Positions 1-10,518 of a stretch of DNA of 64,000 nt are shown here, one piece after another. The stretch comes from Phormidesmis sp. (lineage in GTDB: Bacteria; Cyanobacteriota; Cyanobacteriia; Leptolyngbyales; Leptolyngbyaceae). The position numbers were made by a program, and so were the translations under genes. Below the pieces are notes generated by a model that was not told the origin of the DNA, searched no databases, and saw only the letters and a list, made by a program, of their open reading frames with translations. Within the stretch, counting starts at the first letter, position 1. Each line of letters begins with the position of its first letter. The stretch spans positions 576,001-640,000 of the forward strand of contig CBDFJR010000005.1 in NCBI GenBank assembly GCA_965248535.1. Reading direction: 5' to 3'.

Positions 1-905
1 TTCTCTGAACCTTGGCGAAAGTTTTTGAAGGTTGCCTCATATAACGATCGGGCAGAATCTAAGACCAGCGTGGCAAAAAGACCAAAGGAGAAGCTAGCCA
101 AACCTCCTATGATCCGCAGGTGCCAGGTGAAGTGAGTGAGCAACCAGGTTAGAGCAGGCACGATGATCAGACAGAGGGTGGTCATTCTCGAAAAAGAGAA
201 AATAACCATGATTGCAGCACCGATCGCACCCGCCCATTTCCACCGTTTATCAGAGTCTTGAAGCGCCAGAAAGAAAAACACCGCCCCCGCAATGCCTAAA
301 GAGTTAGCAAAAGGAGTAAATAAATTGAGACGAAACTCAGCGCTCAAGCCGTCACTGGGAGGAAGACCAAATATTGAGACTGTATAGACTTGAGGATCTC
401 CCCGAAAGAGATACCACCAGGGGGTTAGATAAGACGGATAAAAGCTAGCTCTAAACGCCAAATAAGCAAGCAGTGAAAACCCGATGCTTTGGACACAGAC
501 GATGCAGATGGCGCGATAAATCAAACGGGGACGAACAGCATTAAGGCAAGCTCCTAAAGGAAACAGTGCCATCAGTGCCCACGATCTAGACCACACCACC
601 GTGCTAGAGAGGATCTTAGTTAATCCTAGATCTAGATCAATGTGAGACATGATCACAGAGAGTTCCATGACTAACATGCTGATGATCCAGACCCACACAG
701 ATAGAGGAATGGCGATTTTCTCTTGAGGAGGCGTGTCTTCAGTCTGTTGCCAAAGTTTCAGCCCTAATCGCCCCGCCAGAAACCAGGCGAGTATGGGCAC
801 CCAAACATAGAGCGCTCCCAAGAAATTGATTCCATAGATGCCAACGATGGAGTACCAGACTAGCTTTTCTTCAAGGTTTTGAGGTTTAAGCACTTCTGTT
901 CTCAT
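1..905 (-). CDS. O-antigen ligase/Wzy-like polytopic membrane protein of the EPS cluster (runs off the window start)
   Basis: Not in the ORF track. Hand translation from ATG at 905 gives MRTEVLKPQNLEEKLVWYSIVGIYG...FRLNLFTPFANSLG...FSFSRMTTL; many hydrophobic segments; lies downstream of GT2/Wzc/Wza-like genes. Confidence 0.7.
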   Translation of the reverse strand, partial: MRTEVLKPQNLEEKLVWYSIVGIYGINFLGALYVWVPILAWFLAGRLGLKLWQQTEDTPPQEKIAIPLSVWVWIISMLVMELSVIMSHIDLDLGLTKILSSTVVWSRSWALMALFPLGACLNAVRPRLIYRAICIVCVQSIGFSLLAYLAFRASFYPSYLTPWWYLFRGDPQVYTVSIFGLPPSDGLSAEFRLNLFTPFANSLGIAGAVFFFLALQDSDKRWKWAGAIGAAIMVIFSFSRMTTLCLIIVPALTWLLTHFTWHLRIIGGLASFSFGLFATLVLDSARSLYEATFKNFRQGSE

Positions 906-993
906 GGATGGTTGACTAACGTTAACCGTATCTTCTAAAAAATTGTCCAACAGTAAAGAAGCTCAGGGTGCGATCGTAAGATCATTAAACTAA

Positions 994-1953
994 TTAGGAA
1001 TGAGGATTTAAGGAAGGCTTATTAAGCGATTTTTTAAGATTGAGAACAAACTGGTAAGGCAATAACCACATTAATAGAAGTTTGAGTGCTAGTCGTTGAG
1101 TGTTCTTGTCTAAAATAATTTTAGGGTCGAGTTGAATTGCTTTTTTTAGCTTTTGACGAGCTTGATGAACTACTTTATCTGTTAATTCATAGCTGAGATA
1201 CTGTTGAGCAAAATATCGATAAGCACAGGCTAAACTGCGGTTTTTGAGAGACTGATACTCTGGTGGAACGGTTTGGAAAACTCTGGCAATGTGAGAGACA
1301 ATCGCTTTCTCCATCACCTCTACGTTTGAGGTTGCTGATTGAGACGATCGAAGATAAATAATTTGATGTTTTGGCACTACTACAAAGGTGCAGAGTGCCG
1401 CCAATCTAATGTAAAACTCCCAGTCTTCTGCATAGTTTAGTGGCGCATGAAACTCGCCTACAGACTCAACAAACTGTCTGCGAATTAAAACATTAGAACC
1501 ATTGAGAATAAAGTTTTCAACTAACAGTTGAGGATAGACGTTACCCTCATAAAAAATAGGCTCTTGGTGATATAAAACCGTTCCTTTCTCATTTATAAAG
1601 GTCGTCCAACTATAGGCGACCCCTGCCTCTGGATTTTTTTGCAGAGCTTCTAACTGAAGCTGCAACTTGTCTGAAGTCCATAAATCGTCAGCATCAATAA
1701 AGGTGATGAAGTCTCCGATCGCGTGCTTAATTCCTCGATTGCGAGCCACTGAAACCCCACTGTTTGGGTAAGAGTAGACCTTAAGCCGCGAATCTTGTAG
1801 GGTGTCGGTTAATTTAACGGTTCGATCGGTTGAGCCATCATCAATGACAATCAATTCGAGGTCTGAAACCGTCTGTTTTTGAACCGATTCAAGCGTTGCT
1901 AAGATGGTTTTCTCAGCATTGTAGGCAGGGATGATCACAGATACGATCGGCAT
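994..1953 (-). CDS. Glycosyltransferase family 2
   Basis: VSVIIPAYNAE, DDGSTD, ARNRG, FIDADD and EDWE motifs. Confidence 0.92.
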   Translation of the reverse strand: MPIVSVIIPAYNAEKTILATLESVQKQTVSDLELIVIDDGSTDRTVKLTDTLQDSRLKVYSYPNSGVSVARNRGIKHAIGDFITFIDADDLWTSDKLQLQLEALQKNPEAGVAYSWTTFINEKGTVLYHQEPIFYEGNVYPQLLVENFILNGSNVLIRRQFVESVGEFHAPLNYAEDWEFYIRLAALCTFVVVPKHQIIYLRSSQSATSNVEVMEKAIVSHIARVFQTVPPEYQSLKNRSLACAYRYFAQQYLSYELTDKVVHQARQKLKKAIQLDPKIILDKNTQRLALKLLLMWLLPYQFVLNLKKSLNKPSLNPHS

Positions 1954-2103
1954 AAATCTTGCTTCCTAGCACAAACGAATCGATTCACATCGGCTTCAAC
2001 GATGAAGTCTAGTATCCAACTTTGAGTTAAGCATCCCAGAGATGATTGCTCAACCTCAATAGTCAAAATTTCATCTTAGGGGTCTTTCTCAACTAGAAGC
2101 AGT

Positions 2104-3612
2104 CTATAGCTTGGCAGAAGGGTTTGTTTCGGCATCTGGATAAGCCCCCCGATCAATAGCTCTGCTCGGTTTAGAATCTGAATAGGGGTTTAACCCGATG
2201 GCTGAAACCTGTCTAGAGATTGACTTTCTGCGCTGGCGAAGCCACAAACCCGCTATGCCGCTAGAGATCAAAATAGAACCCAAAGACGCACCCAATAAAA
2301 CAAACGTCTTTTTGGGCGAACTTGGAGTCTCAGGCAAACTTGGATCTGACACCAACTGCACTTGGGGATAAGACCCAAAGAGTTCAGCTTTGCCCAGGCT
2401 TAGACTCCCCAGTGTGGAAGAGAAGACCGCTTCAGAAATCTGCATATCTCGCTTCAGTCCGTCTAGGGTTGAGCCATATTGAGCCAGGGTTCTCAGTTTT
2501 TCTTCTAGCTGGGAGATCTGCCGCTCTAAGGTTGCGGCATTAGCGCTAAATCCCTGCTCGGCGACTTGAGCAGTGACCACCTCCTGAAATAGGATGTCTC
2601 GTGCGCTGCCCGTCTTAACGTCATTAGTGCTGCTGCCAATGTTGAGTTGAGCTAGGGTTTCTGGCTCGACTGCTCTTCCTAGGAGAGAACGGCTGCGATC
2701 GAGCATGGCTGATCGGGCGGCTTCTTGCTTCATTCGCTGCTGAACGATCGCTGGGTGATTGGGCCCCAGTCTGGCGCTCAAAATGTCAGCTTCGGCAGTA
2801 GCGGTGCTGTAGTCTTGCAGGTTGCGTAAAAATAGCTGATCTGAGTTCAGCGTAAACGCATCGGCTGCTTGGGGCGCAGACACATTTAAATTAGCAGACA
2901 GTTGTTTGAGTCGAGCACTGGACTGCTGCTGATCGGCTAACACGATCGCTCTTTGTTTACGCAACTCTTCGATCGCATTTGATAGCTGATCAATCTGGCT
3001 ATTAGACACCAACCCTGAGCGGGCTTTATAGCTAGAAAGGCGCTCTTGAGTCGTCTCAAGATTTTGCTGAGAATCCTTTAAAGCAGCCTTGATGCCTTGA
3101 TTTTTCTCGATCGCCTCTTGCTGTCTGAGTTGAATCAGCTTTGCCTCAAACGCTTGATAGAGCGCGATCGATTTATCTTTAGATTCTTGAGGAGTGCTGC
3201 CCTTGACTTCAAGAGTCATGAGAGTCGAGCTATCGACAATCTTGACGCGAGGCTCGCCGAACTTTTGAACGGTCATGTTTAGCTGTTTAGCCGCCTCTGC
3301 TAAAACAGATTCGCTCGTGATGATGAATTTGTAGTTCTCCCGCGGATCTTGCGTTTTATTATCAAACGGAGAACTCACCTGCGAACTTCCGCCGCCAATT
3401 TGAGGCAAGTTAACACTGCTGCTTGAACGGTTAGACGGCAGAGTCAACGCCCATTGGCTGGTAAAAACTGGCTTTGCGACGTTCAGGAACAGAAGAGACA
3501 AGCCCCAAATAGCAGCATTTGCCACAAGACCCAAGAGCAAATAGCTCTGCCAATCATTGCGGTCTCCAGCAGGCTGAGAGGGATAGGAAGAGGCTTTTGT
3601 TAGCTCATTCAT
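2104..3612 (-). CDS. Polysaccharide chain-length determinant / co-polymerase (GumC/Wzc-like, no C-terminal kinase)
   Basis: N- and C-terminal TM helices, coiled-coil middle, GPNHPAI and PSLPETPSSPKK motifs; next to a Wza-like gene. Confidence 0.8.
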   Translation of the reverse strand: MNELTKASSYPSQPAGDRNDWQSYLLLGLVANAAIWGLSLLFLNVAKPVFTSQWALTLPSNRSSSSVNLPQIGGGSSQVSSPFDNKTQDPRENYKFIITSESVLAEAAKQLNMTVQKFGEPRVKIVDSSTLMTLEVKGSTPQESKDKSIALYQAFEAKLIQLRQQEAIEKNQGIKAALKDSQQNLETTQERLSSYKARSGLVSNSQIDQLSNAIEELRKQRAIVLADQQQSSARLKQLSANLNVSAPQAADAFTLNSDQLFLRNLQDYSTATAEADILSARLGPNHPAIVQQRMKQEAARSAMLDRSRSLLGRAVEPETLAQLNIGSSTNDVKTGSARDILFQEVVTAQVAEQGFSANAATLERQISQLEEKLRTLAQYGSTLDGLKRDMQISEAVFSSTLGSLSLGKAELFGSYPQVQLVSDPSLPETPSSPKKTFVLLGASLGSILISSGIAGLWLRQRRKSISRQVSAIGLNPYSDSKPSRAIDRGAYPDAETNPSAKL

Positions 3613-3617
3613 AAGCG

Positions 3618-4700
3618 TTAACGGAAGATTCCTCTTATTATATTAAAGGGATTCAAAATGTCGGTGATGAAGCGAAACACCCCTGATGTGTTCTCGTTTT
3701 TAGAGTCATAGCAAACAATCCCATCTCGCGGCATCAGAAAGGGATTGTTTGTATTGTCAGTAGAATTTCTGAGCAGCGTTTCAACAGGTTGGTCAATGAC
3801 GGTAGTTTTCCCGGTGGTGCGATCGGTTTGCATCAGAGTGACCCGCCGCTTTGCGTTAGTAGAGAGAGTGCCACCGACGCACCCCGATGAAACGACGGCA
3901 TTTGAGAAGCGAGTGCCATAGGCTAGCTCAGTGGCGCGATTGGTGTTGCCTGAGACGCTAGGAGCCGTGGAATTAGAGACAAAAATAGGCACCACAGAGG
4001 GGGTCACCTGCGAAGGGCGCACCAAGTCATTTTGAATGGTTGCTAACCGAGGGATCGTCACTTTGTCTCCAGCCACGAGCGGCACATCACGCTCTGACTC
4101 GCCCGACAACACCCCCGATAGATCAATGACTTGGGTTCGATTATTGCGAACTAAGCGAATATTTCTGATGTCGGCATTGGGCATCACTCCACCTGCGAGG
4201 CGAATGGCGGCAGTTAGATAGCGTTCAGGCGGGTAGTTGCCCGAAACTGGGATGGTGCCCGCGATCGGGGTGGGAATGCTGACTGAGTTGCCGCTGGTCG
4301 AGTTAGTTGCCTGATTGTTAATTAAGACGCGACCAGGTTCAAAAATAGCGCCCGACACCGTCACCTGCACGGGTGCCCATTGAAAAACCTTGATGCTGAC
4401 CCGAAGACCGTTGGCTCTAAACAGGCCTTTGTCAATCAAGATTTGGCTCAACCGCTGCTCGACTTCAGGAAGCTCTAACCCAGCAGCAGGAAGCGGTTCA
4501 AGAAAAGGAAATTGTAACGTGCCGTCAAGGTTAACCTCATAAAGACCGCTAATGCGCTGAGATTCTGGGAGATCAGAATCAGCGGGGATAAACAGGCGAA
4601 GGCGATCGCCCGGCGAGAGCGGCAGCGCGAAGGCAGGTGACACCCCAAATAAGGCAATCACAGCACCCGATAGAAAAATGGCGGGCTGGTTAAGTGACAT
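3618..4700 (-). CDS. Polysaccharide export protein (Wza-like, Poly_export + SLBB domains)
   Basis: Signal peptide, LSPGDRL, DGTLQFPFLEPLPAAGL, AIRLAGGVMPNADIRNI. Confidence 0.85.
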   Translation of the reverse strand: MSLNQPAIFLSGAVIALFGVSPAFALPLSPGDRLRLFIPADSDLPESQRISGLYEVNLDGTLQFPFLEPLPAAGLELPEVEQRLSQILIDKGLFRANGLRVSIKVFQWAPVQVTVSGAIFEPGRVLINNQATNSTSGNSVSIPTPIAGTIPVSGNYPPERYLTAAIRLAGGVMPNADIRNIRLVRNNRTQVIDLSGVLSGESERDVPLVAGDKVTIPRLATIQNDLVRPSQVTPSVVPIFVSNSTAPSVSGNTNRATELAYGTRFSNAVVSSGCVGGTLSTNAKRRVTLMQTDRTTGKTTVIDQPVETLLRNSTDNTNNPFLMPRDGIVCYDSKNENTSGVFRFITDILNPFNIIRGIFR

Positions 4701-4723
4701 AGGTCAATCTAAGAGTCTGAACC

Positions 4724-4765
4724 CTAAGTTTGTTCTATTCTGCCCCAGAATTAGAACAAACTTAG
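4724..4765. repeat. Inverted repeat / hairpin just upstream of the wza-like start codon
   Basis: CTAAGTTTGTTCTA (4724-4737) pairs perfectly with TAGAACAAACTTAG (4752-4765), with inner stem TTCTG-CCC-CAGAA. Confidence 0.8.
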
Positions 4766-4958
4766 AGGTTCTATATTTTCCCATCTCTATCACCTAAAGA
4801 TCACTTATCTAGCATCGTCGGAATTGTAGACAAGATTCAAGGCAATTGTCAGCAAAAACAGGTCAAATTCAAGCAACAACCCAGACAGGAATAGTCCTTA
4901 ATAAGAGATAGTAGATCTGGCCTCTCTAAGATCTGCTATTTAACTCGGAGCCAGTTTC

Positions 4959-6068
4959 ATGGATGTTCAAGCTGCGATCGCCTTCTCTGCCGGAAATCCT
5001 CTCAGCCTCGAAACAGTCACTCTTGAGCCGCCTCACGCCGGAGAGGTCTTAGTTGAAATCAAGGCAACCGGAGTCTGTCACACTGACGCTTATACCCTAT
5101 CGGGGGCTGACCCAGAAGGATTGTTTCCAGCGATTTTAGGCCACGAAGGCGCGGGCGTTGTAGTCGAAATTGGGGCAGGCGTGACCAGCGTTAAGCCGGG
5201 TGATCATGTGATTCCGCTCTACACGCCAGAATGTCGCAACTGTGAGTATTGTCTCAGTCAAAAAACCAATTTGTGTCAGGCAATTCGCACGACTCAGGGG
5301 CGCGGCGTGATGCCTAATGGCACGAGTCGGTTCTCGATCGCTGGCACCCCGATTCATCACTATATGGGCACTTCGACTTTTTCAAACTACACCGTTTTGC
5401 CCGAAATCGCCGTGGCTAAAATTCGGGAAGATGCCCCCTTTGAAAAAGTTTGTTTGATCGGCTGCGGAGTCACAACAGGCCTTGGAGCCGTGATCAACAC
5501 CGCTAAAGTAGAGCCAGGTAGCAATGTCGTTGTCTTTGGGCTAGGGGGCATTGGCTTAAATGTGATCCAGGCGGCGAGAATGGTGGGAGCAAATATGATT
5601 GTAGGGGTGGATCTTAATCCCCAAAAACGGGTTTTGGCTGAAAAACTGGGCATGACTCATTTTGTCAACCCCCGCGATATTGATGGAGATTTGGTTCCTT
5701 ATCTGGTCGAATTGACGAAAGGCGGAGCCGACTATAGTTTTGAATGTATTGGCAATGTCAACGTGATGCGACAAGCTCTAGAGTGTTGTCACAAAGGCTG
5801 GGGTGTCAGTGTCGTGGTCGGTGTAGCAGGGGCCGGACAGGAGATCAGCACCCGGCCATTTCAGCTAGTGACGGGTCGGGTTTGGAAGGGCAGTGCCTTT
5901 GGGGGCGCAAGAGGCCGAACTGACGTGCCCAAAATCGTCGATTGGTATATGGAGGGCAAAATTAATATTGATGATTTAGTCACTAAGGTGATGCCGATCG
6001 CGCAAATTAACGAAGCCTTTGATCTGATGCACCGAGGCGAAGTGATTCGTGCTGTTATAACTTTTTAG
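4959..6068 (+). CDS. frmA: S-(hydroxymethyl)glutathione dehydrogenase / class III alcohol dehydrogenase
   Basis: [30 protein letters not shown] zinc site, [19 protein letters not shown]. Confidence 0.96.
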   Translation: MDVQAAIAFSAGNPLSLETVTLEPPHAGEVLVEIKATGVCHTDAYTLSGADPEGLFPAILGHEGAGVVVEIGAGVTSVKPGDHVIPLYTPECRNCEYCLSQKTNLCQAIRTTQGRGVMPNGTSRFSIAGTPIHHYMGTSTFSNYTVLPEIAVAKIREDAPFEKVCLIGCGVTTGLGAVINTAKVEPGSNVVVFGLGGIGLNVIQAARMVGANMIVGVDLNPQKRVLAEKLGMTHFVNPRDIDGDLVPYLVELTKGGADYSFECIGNVNVMRQALECCHKGWGVSVVVGVAGAGQEISTRPFQLVTGRVWKGSAFGGARGRTDVPKIVDWYMEGKINIDDLVTKVMPIAQINEAFDLMHRGEVIRAVITF

Positions 6069-6074
6069 GCTGAC

Positions 6075-6915
6075 ATGAACCTACTGAATGAACATTTCTG
6101 CTTTGGCGGCAAGGTTGGTTTCTATAGCCACTTGTCTATAGCTTGCAAGGGTGAGATGAAATTTGCAGTCTATCAACCGCCTCAAGCCAAGCTGCACCCG
6201 GTTCCGGTGCTTTATTTTCTCTCTGGCTTAACCTGCACTGAGGAGAATTTTATGGTCAAAGCCGGAGCACAGCAGTTTGCCGCTAAATATGGACTTGATG
6301 TTGGTGGCTCCTGACACTAGTCCGCGCCATACCAAAACGCCCAATGAAGACCAGGATTGGGATTTGGGCACCGGAGCGGGATTTTATGTGGATGCGATCG
6401 CGCAACCCTGGCGTGATCACTACCAAATGTATAGCTATGTTGTGGATGAACTGCCCGCTCTCATTCACAAAAACTTTCCGGCAAATCCAGCCCAGCAGGG
6501 AATCATGGGTCACTCAATGGGCGGACATGGCGCGTTAGTTTGTGCATTGCGAAACCCCGATCGCTATCGGTCTGTCTCGGCCTTTGCTCCGATCGTGGCT
6601 CCGATGCAGTGTGCTTGGGGTCAAAAAGCGTTTTCTAACTATCTCGGTTCTGATCAAACGCTTTGGCGTGATTATGATGCGACTGAGTTGATTCAAAATG
6701 CCAAATTCCAGTCACCAATCTTGATTGATCAAGGGATGAATGATTCATTTCTCACGACCCAACTCTTGCCAGAAATCTTTGAAAAAGCCTGTGCTGAAGT
6801 CGGCCAAGCCCTAACGCTTAGAAGACAACCCGGCTATGACCACAGCTATTATTTCATCGCGACGTTTATGGACGATCATATTCGTCATCATGCCAGCATT
6901 TTGTGTGACCAATGA
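6075..6915 (+). CDS. fghA: S-formylglutathione hydrolase (one apparent frameshift near 6294)
   Basis: [11 protein letters not shown] in one frame, then APDTSPR, GAGFY, GHSMGG and YDHSY in the next; removing one base at GGACTTGATG restores KYGLMLVAPD. Confidence 0.9.
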
Positions 6916-6958
6916 TTAGCCCAATGAACAATAATTCGACTATTTTGGGGAGTCATCC

Positions 6959-7237
6959 ATGATGTTTAAAGTTATTTCTCCTGGTTTTTCACAAGCGTTT
7001 GATCGCTGGCTTGATGCGTTGACGATCGCTAAGTCGCTGATGCCTCAATGTAAATGGATGCAGGATGTCCGCATTTTTGAAGACGGACGTTTAGTGTGGG
7101 TTTATAGTCGATCGCACAAATATCCCCAATTTGTAGGAGCGGGGACTTACGATCGCTTGGCAAAACGATTTTTATTAGAAACGATCTCCGATGAGAATGC
7201 GATAGAAAACAGCCGCGATCAAGAAAGCTCTCACTAG
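6959..7237 (+). CDS. Hypothetical protein
   Basis: 92-aa ORF with GGAG RBS, co-oriented and closely spaced between fghA and the protease gene. Confidence 0.6.
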   Translation: MMFKVISPGFSQAFDRWLDALTIAKSLMPQCKWMQDVRIFEDGRLVWVYSRSHKYPQFVGAGTYDRLAKRFLLETISDENAIENSRDQESSH

Positions 7238-7242
7238 GAGAA

Positions 7243-7677
7243 ATGATGGATAAACAAACCATAATGGGCGCAGTGCACACCACAGTAAAATTAACGAATG
7301 CAGGGGATGAAAGCATGGTGAGTCGAGGCGTTCTTGCCCCTCGTCATCTGCGCGAATATCAAGGTCAAGCGCTTGTTGATACAGGTGCAGTCATGTTAGT
7401 AATTCCTCAAAGGGTTGTAGATCAGCTTGGTTTACGAATTCGAGGTCAGCAGGTGGCTAGATTTGCCAACGGGGTTGAAGAATTGGTTGGCATCACAGAG
7501 CCTATTCTGATTGAGTGTGAAGGTCGAATGACGGCAGATGAAGCTCTTGTGGTAGGTGATGAAATTCTGATTGGGCAAGTGATATTAGAGAAGCTAGATT
7601 TGCTGCCAGATTGCCGAAACCAGCGATTAATTCCTAATCCAGCTAATCCTGATTATCCAGTTGCGATGATTAAGTAG
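7243..7677 (+). CDS. Clan AA (retropepsin-like) aspartic protease
   Basis: ALVDTGA catalytic motif and LIGQVILEKLDL C-terminal motif; AGGAG RBS. Confidence 0.8.
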   Translation: MMDKQTIMGAVHTTVKLTNAGDESMVSRGVLAPRHLREYQGQALVDTGAVMLVIPQRVVDQLGLRIRGQQVARFANGVEELVGITEPILIECEGRMTADEALVVGDEILIGQVILEKLDLLPDCRNQRLIPNPANPDYPVAMIK

Positions 7678-7722
7678 TAAAGTGACTCATTCATTTCGCA
7701 TTAATTTGATTTCAAGTCTAAT

Positions 7723-7755
7723 AAAAAACGATCGCTCCCCTTGAAGAACGATCGC
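7723..7755 (-). terminator. Intrinsic terminator of desB
   Basis: Minus strand GCGATCGTTCTTC-AA-GGGGAGCGATCG followed by TTTTTT; both arms built on HIP1-like sites. Confidence 0.65.
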
Positions 7756-7778
7756 GACTCAGCCTAATAACCTAGCCG

Positions 7779-8855
7779 TTAGTTTTGGGAATTAGTTGGA
7801 GACTGATAGTAGATTTTTGAGCCATTATCTGAGACAAAGTGACACGCCAGATAAGAGCGGAAAAACCCCTTCCAAATAGACTCGCTTGATTTGCGATAAT
7901 AGTTGCCTAACAGTGGCTTGATCGCCTCGGTTGCGGTCTTGAGATGATAGTGAGGCATATTTGAGAAAATGTGGTGCGCCACATGAGTGCCAATGTTGTG
8001 ATGAATTGGATTGAACACACCATAGTCACGATCGATCGTAGACAATGCCCCTTTCAAAAAATACCAATCATCGCCGCGATACCACGGAATATCATCTTCG
8101 GTGTGATGCAGAAAGGTCACCAAGTCTAGCCAGACGACAAACCCGACATAGCCCATCAGATAATATTTCACCAAAAACAGCAGCCCGTGCTGATAGGTCA
8201 AAACGCCCAAGCATCCGAGCATCAGCATCAGGCAAACCGTGCTGGTGATTACGCCGTTTCGTTCTGATGGCTTAAAAATTGGGCTGCCCGGCATAAAGTG
8301 AGAACCCTGCTTGCCCGGAGAGCGACGAAACAGATAGAGCGGATAGGCCAGCAGAGGCAGATAAAATCGCATTAGCTTCTCGGCATAGCCCATCTGCTCA
8401 TATTGGCTTTCAGTGACGGGATACCAGCTTTCGTCGGTTTCAATATTGCCTGTGTTGGCGTGGTGAGTGCGATGGCTAATGCGCCAACCGTGAAACGGCA
8501 CCAAAATTGGGGTGTGCGATAAATGACCCACAAGATTGTTGAGCCATTTGTGTTTTGAAAATGAGCCGTGTCCGCAGTCGTGCCCGACCACAAAAAGCGC
8601 CCAAAACATCGTGCCTTGGGCAAACCAGAAAATTGGGTAAAACCACCAAGAATCGAGATAAGCGGCTAGGGCATACAGTCCTGCCAAGATTCCTAGGTCA
8701 AGAAAAAAGTAGGACAGCGATCGCCAAGTAGATGGCTCAAAGCAAGAGTCTGGAATCGCCGATCGGACATCTTTGAGGGTAAAAGGAAGCTCACCTGATT
8801 GTAGAGAAGGGTCTACTACAGCAGCCGGGTCGGATGGAACGGAGTAAACTTGCAC
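7779..8855 (-). CDS. desB: Omega-3 (delta-15) fatty acid desaturase
   Basis: His boxes HDCGH, HRTHH, HVAHH; GTMFWALFVVGHDCGHGSFS. Confidence 0.92.
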   Translation of the reverse strand: MQVYSVPSDPAAVVDPSLQSGELPFTLKDVRSAIPDSCFEPSTWRSLSYFFLDLGILAGLYALAAYLDSWWFYPIFWFAQGTMFWALFVVGHDCGHGSFSKHKWLNNLVGHLSHTPILVPFHGWRISHRTHHANTGNIETDESWYPVTESQYEQMGYAEKLMRFYLPLLAYPLYLFRRSPGKQGSHFMPGSPIFKPSERNGVITSTVCLMLMLGCLGVLTYQHGLLFLVKYYLMGYVGFVVWLDLVTFLHHTEDDIPWYRGDDWYFLKGALSTIDRDYGVFNPIHHNIGTHVAHHIFSNMPHYHLKTATEAIKPLLGNYYRKSSESIWKGFFRSYLACHFVSDNGSKIYYQSPTNSQN

Positions 8856-9078
8856 GTACTTTTTAGTCTGCCGAAAACTTAGTTAGCTCGGTCATTTTAT
8901 CGTTTAGACGTATCGATGATCACAATCGCAACTGAGTTTTGTAAAGAATATTACGCCCTTTCATAAGTCGGTCGGAGTGTAGTAAAGAACTCTTGCTGAC
9001 GATCGTAGATTCAAAAAACAAAGGAATCAGGATTAAATGTAAGATCCAGATTGCCCTCACTCAGCCCCAGACAAACAG

Positions 9079-9109
9079 ATGGGGACGAGCAATCTCTGCC
9101 CATCCCCAT
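9079..9109 (-). terminator. Hairpin downstream of dps (probable terminator)
   Basis: ATGGGGATGGGCA-GAGAT-TGCTCGTCCCCAT on the minus strand, followed by CTGTTTGT. Confidence 0.55.
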
Positions 9110-9172
9110 TTACAGCTAATTCTAGCGGTGCTTATTGGTCGATCGTTCTAATCGTTAGAAAAGCTCAGTCAC

Positions 9173-9718
9173 CTAGCTGCCGACACCAGCCGGAAACTTG
9201 AGATTAGCAGGGACTTGCTGCCCATCAGGCTGGATGGCTTTGCCTTCAATGAAGGAGCGAAGCATCCAGGCCATTTCTTCGTGGCCTTCCATCAATCCGG
9301 TTAGAAAGTCTGCGGTGCCTTCGTCGTGAAATTCTTCAGAACACTGGTCGATGTGCTCACGCAAACTGCGGATAATTTGCTCGTGATCGTCTACCAAATT
9401 AGACACCATGTGATCAGACGGTGGAACATCACCCGTGTGCTCTTTGATCGTGGCGTATTTTAGAAACCCTTCAGCCGTGCCAACTGGGAATCCGCCCAGC
9501 ATCCGAACCCGCTCGGCGATCGCGTCTACGCTTGTGCTCAAAACCTGATATTGCTCATCCCATAGCAAATGCAGCGATCTAAACTCAGGGCCCGTCACAT
9601 CCCAGTGATATTTTTTGGTTTTAATAATCAGCAGGTAGGTGTTAGACAGATCTTTGTTGAGCATTTCAGTTACGCCTTTGCGCTGCTCTTCTGTTAAGCC
9701 GATGTTTAACTTACGCAT
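9173..9718 (-). CDS. dps: Dps family DNA starvation/stationary-phase protection protein
   Basis: KTKKYHWDVTGPEFRSLHLLWDEQY, DAIAERVR, HEEMAWML. Confidence 0.92.
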   Translation of the reverse strand: MRKLNIGLTEEQRKGVTEMLNKDLSNTYLLIIKTKKYHWDVTGPEFRSLHLLWDEQYQVLSTSVDAIAERVRMLGGFPVGTAEGFLKYATIKEHTGDVPPSDHMVSNLVDDHEQIIRSLREHIDQCSEEFHDEGTADFLTGLMEGHEEMAWMLRSFIEGKAIQPDGQQVPANLKFPAGVGS

Positions 9719-9825
9719 TTATTTACTCTCCGGTGCAGATTCACTTCCCATTGCAACAAATCGACACAGCAATAACATCGCTCGTAGGGAGGAAGGAGCC
9801 GAAACCTTTAATCAGCCTATAGAGG

Positions 9826-10509
9826 CTATAAAACTGGGCTGACTTTGATCCGATAGAGCAAGCGATCGTGCTGCTGATAGCCCGCATAGCGCACTCGAAC
9901 TAAGGCACCCGGTTCGGCAGTGCCGCTCATGAGTTGATGACGCTGGGGATCATAGGGAATTTCGCTGCCGACTGTGCCGATCGCTGCGATGCCCCACTCC
10001 TGAAGTAGCTGCTCGATCGGACGCATCAACGGCAAAAGCTTGGCAGCACTCAACTGAGGATTTTGTTGGGCTGCATAGGCGGCGGCTGACCACTGCAACA
10101 GCCAAGGCTCTAGCGTTTGAAGACTCGTTTGCTGAAATTCTTGCCAGAGATCGTCTCGCTGTTGCACAAGTTGAGATTGCAGCCGTTGATATTCGTGTTC
10201 ATAGCTGCGTTGCAAATCAGGAGAGTTTTGAGTAGATTTCTCCTCAGATTCTAAAAAAATTGTCAACAGATCAGGAATGGAGATCTGCAAAGCTTGACTC
10301 AGTTTTTGCAGGGTTTCTAGCCGCATCTGACTGATTTGACCCTGCCGTAATCGCTGGATCTGCTTTTCAGAAATGCCCGATTTTTGACGGAGGTCTTTGA
10401 ATGTAGAAACACCTCTCGATCGCATCAAATCCCGCAATTGAGAGGTGTAATTGACACAACGAGTCATAGAGCTATGAGTGGCAGACTGACTCTTTAACTC
10501 ATAGCTCAA
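9826..10509 (-). CDS. XRE-type helix-turn-helix protein with C-terminal GrpE-like domain (start may be ATG 10467)
   Basis: N-terminal HTH (DLRQKSGISEKQIQRLRQG), coiled coil, and GrpE-like tail GSEIPYDPQRHQ...VRYAGY...RIKV. Confidence 0.7.
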   Translation of the reverse strand: MSYELKSQSATHSSMTRCVNYTSQLRDLMRSRGVSTFKDLRQKSGISEKQIQRLRQGQISQMRLETLQKLSQALQISIPDLLTIFLESEEKSTQNSPDLQRSYEHEYQRLQSQLVQQRDDLWQEFQQTSLQTLEPWLLQWSAAAYAAQQNPQLSAAKLLPLMRPIEQLLQEWGIAAIGTVGSEIPYDPQRHQLMSGTAEPGALVRVRYAGYQQHDRLLYRIKVSPVL

Positions 10510-10518
10510 AACTGGTCG

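Noticed and set aside
8935..8957. HLR1 site upstream of desB
   Set aside because: Only one half-site (TTTACAAA) matches well; the other matches about 4 of 8.
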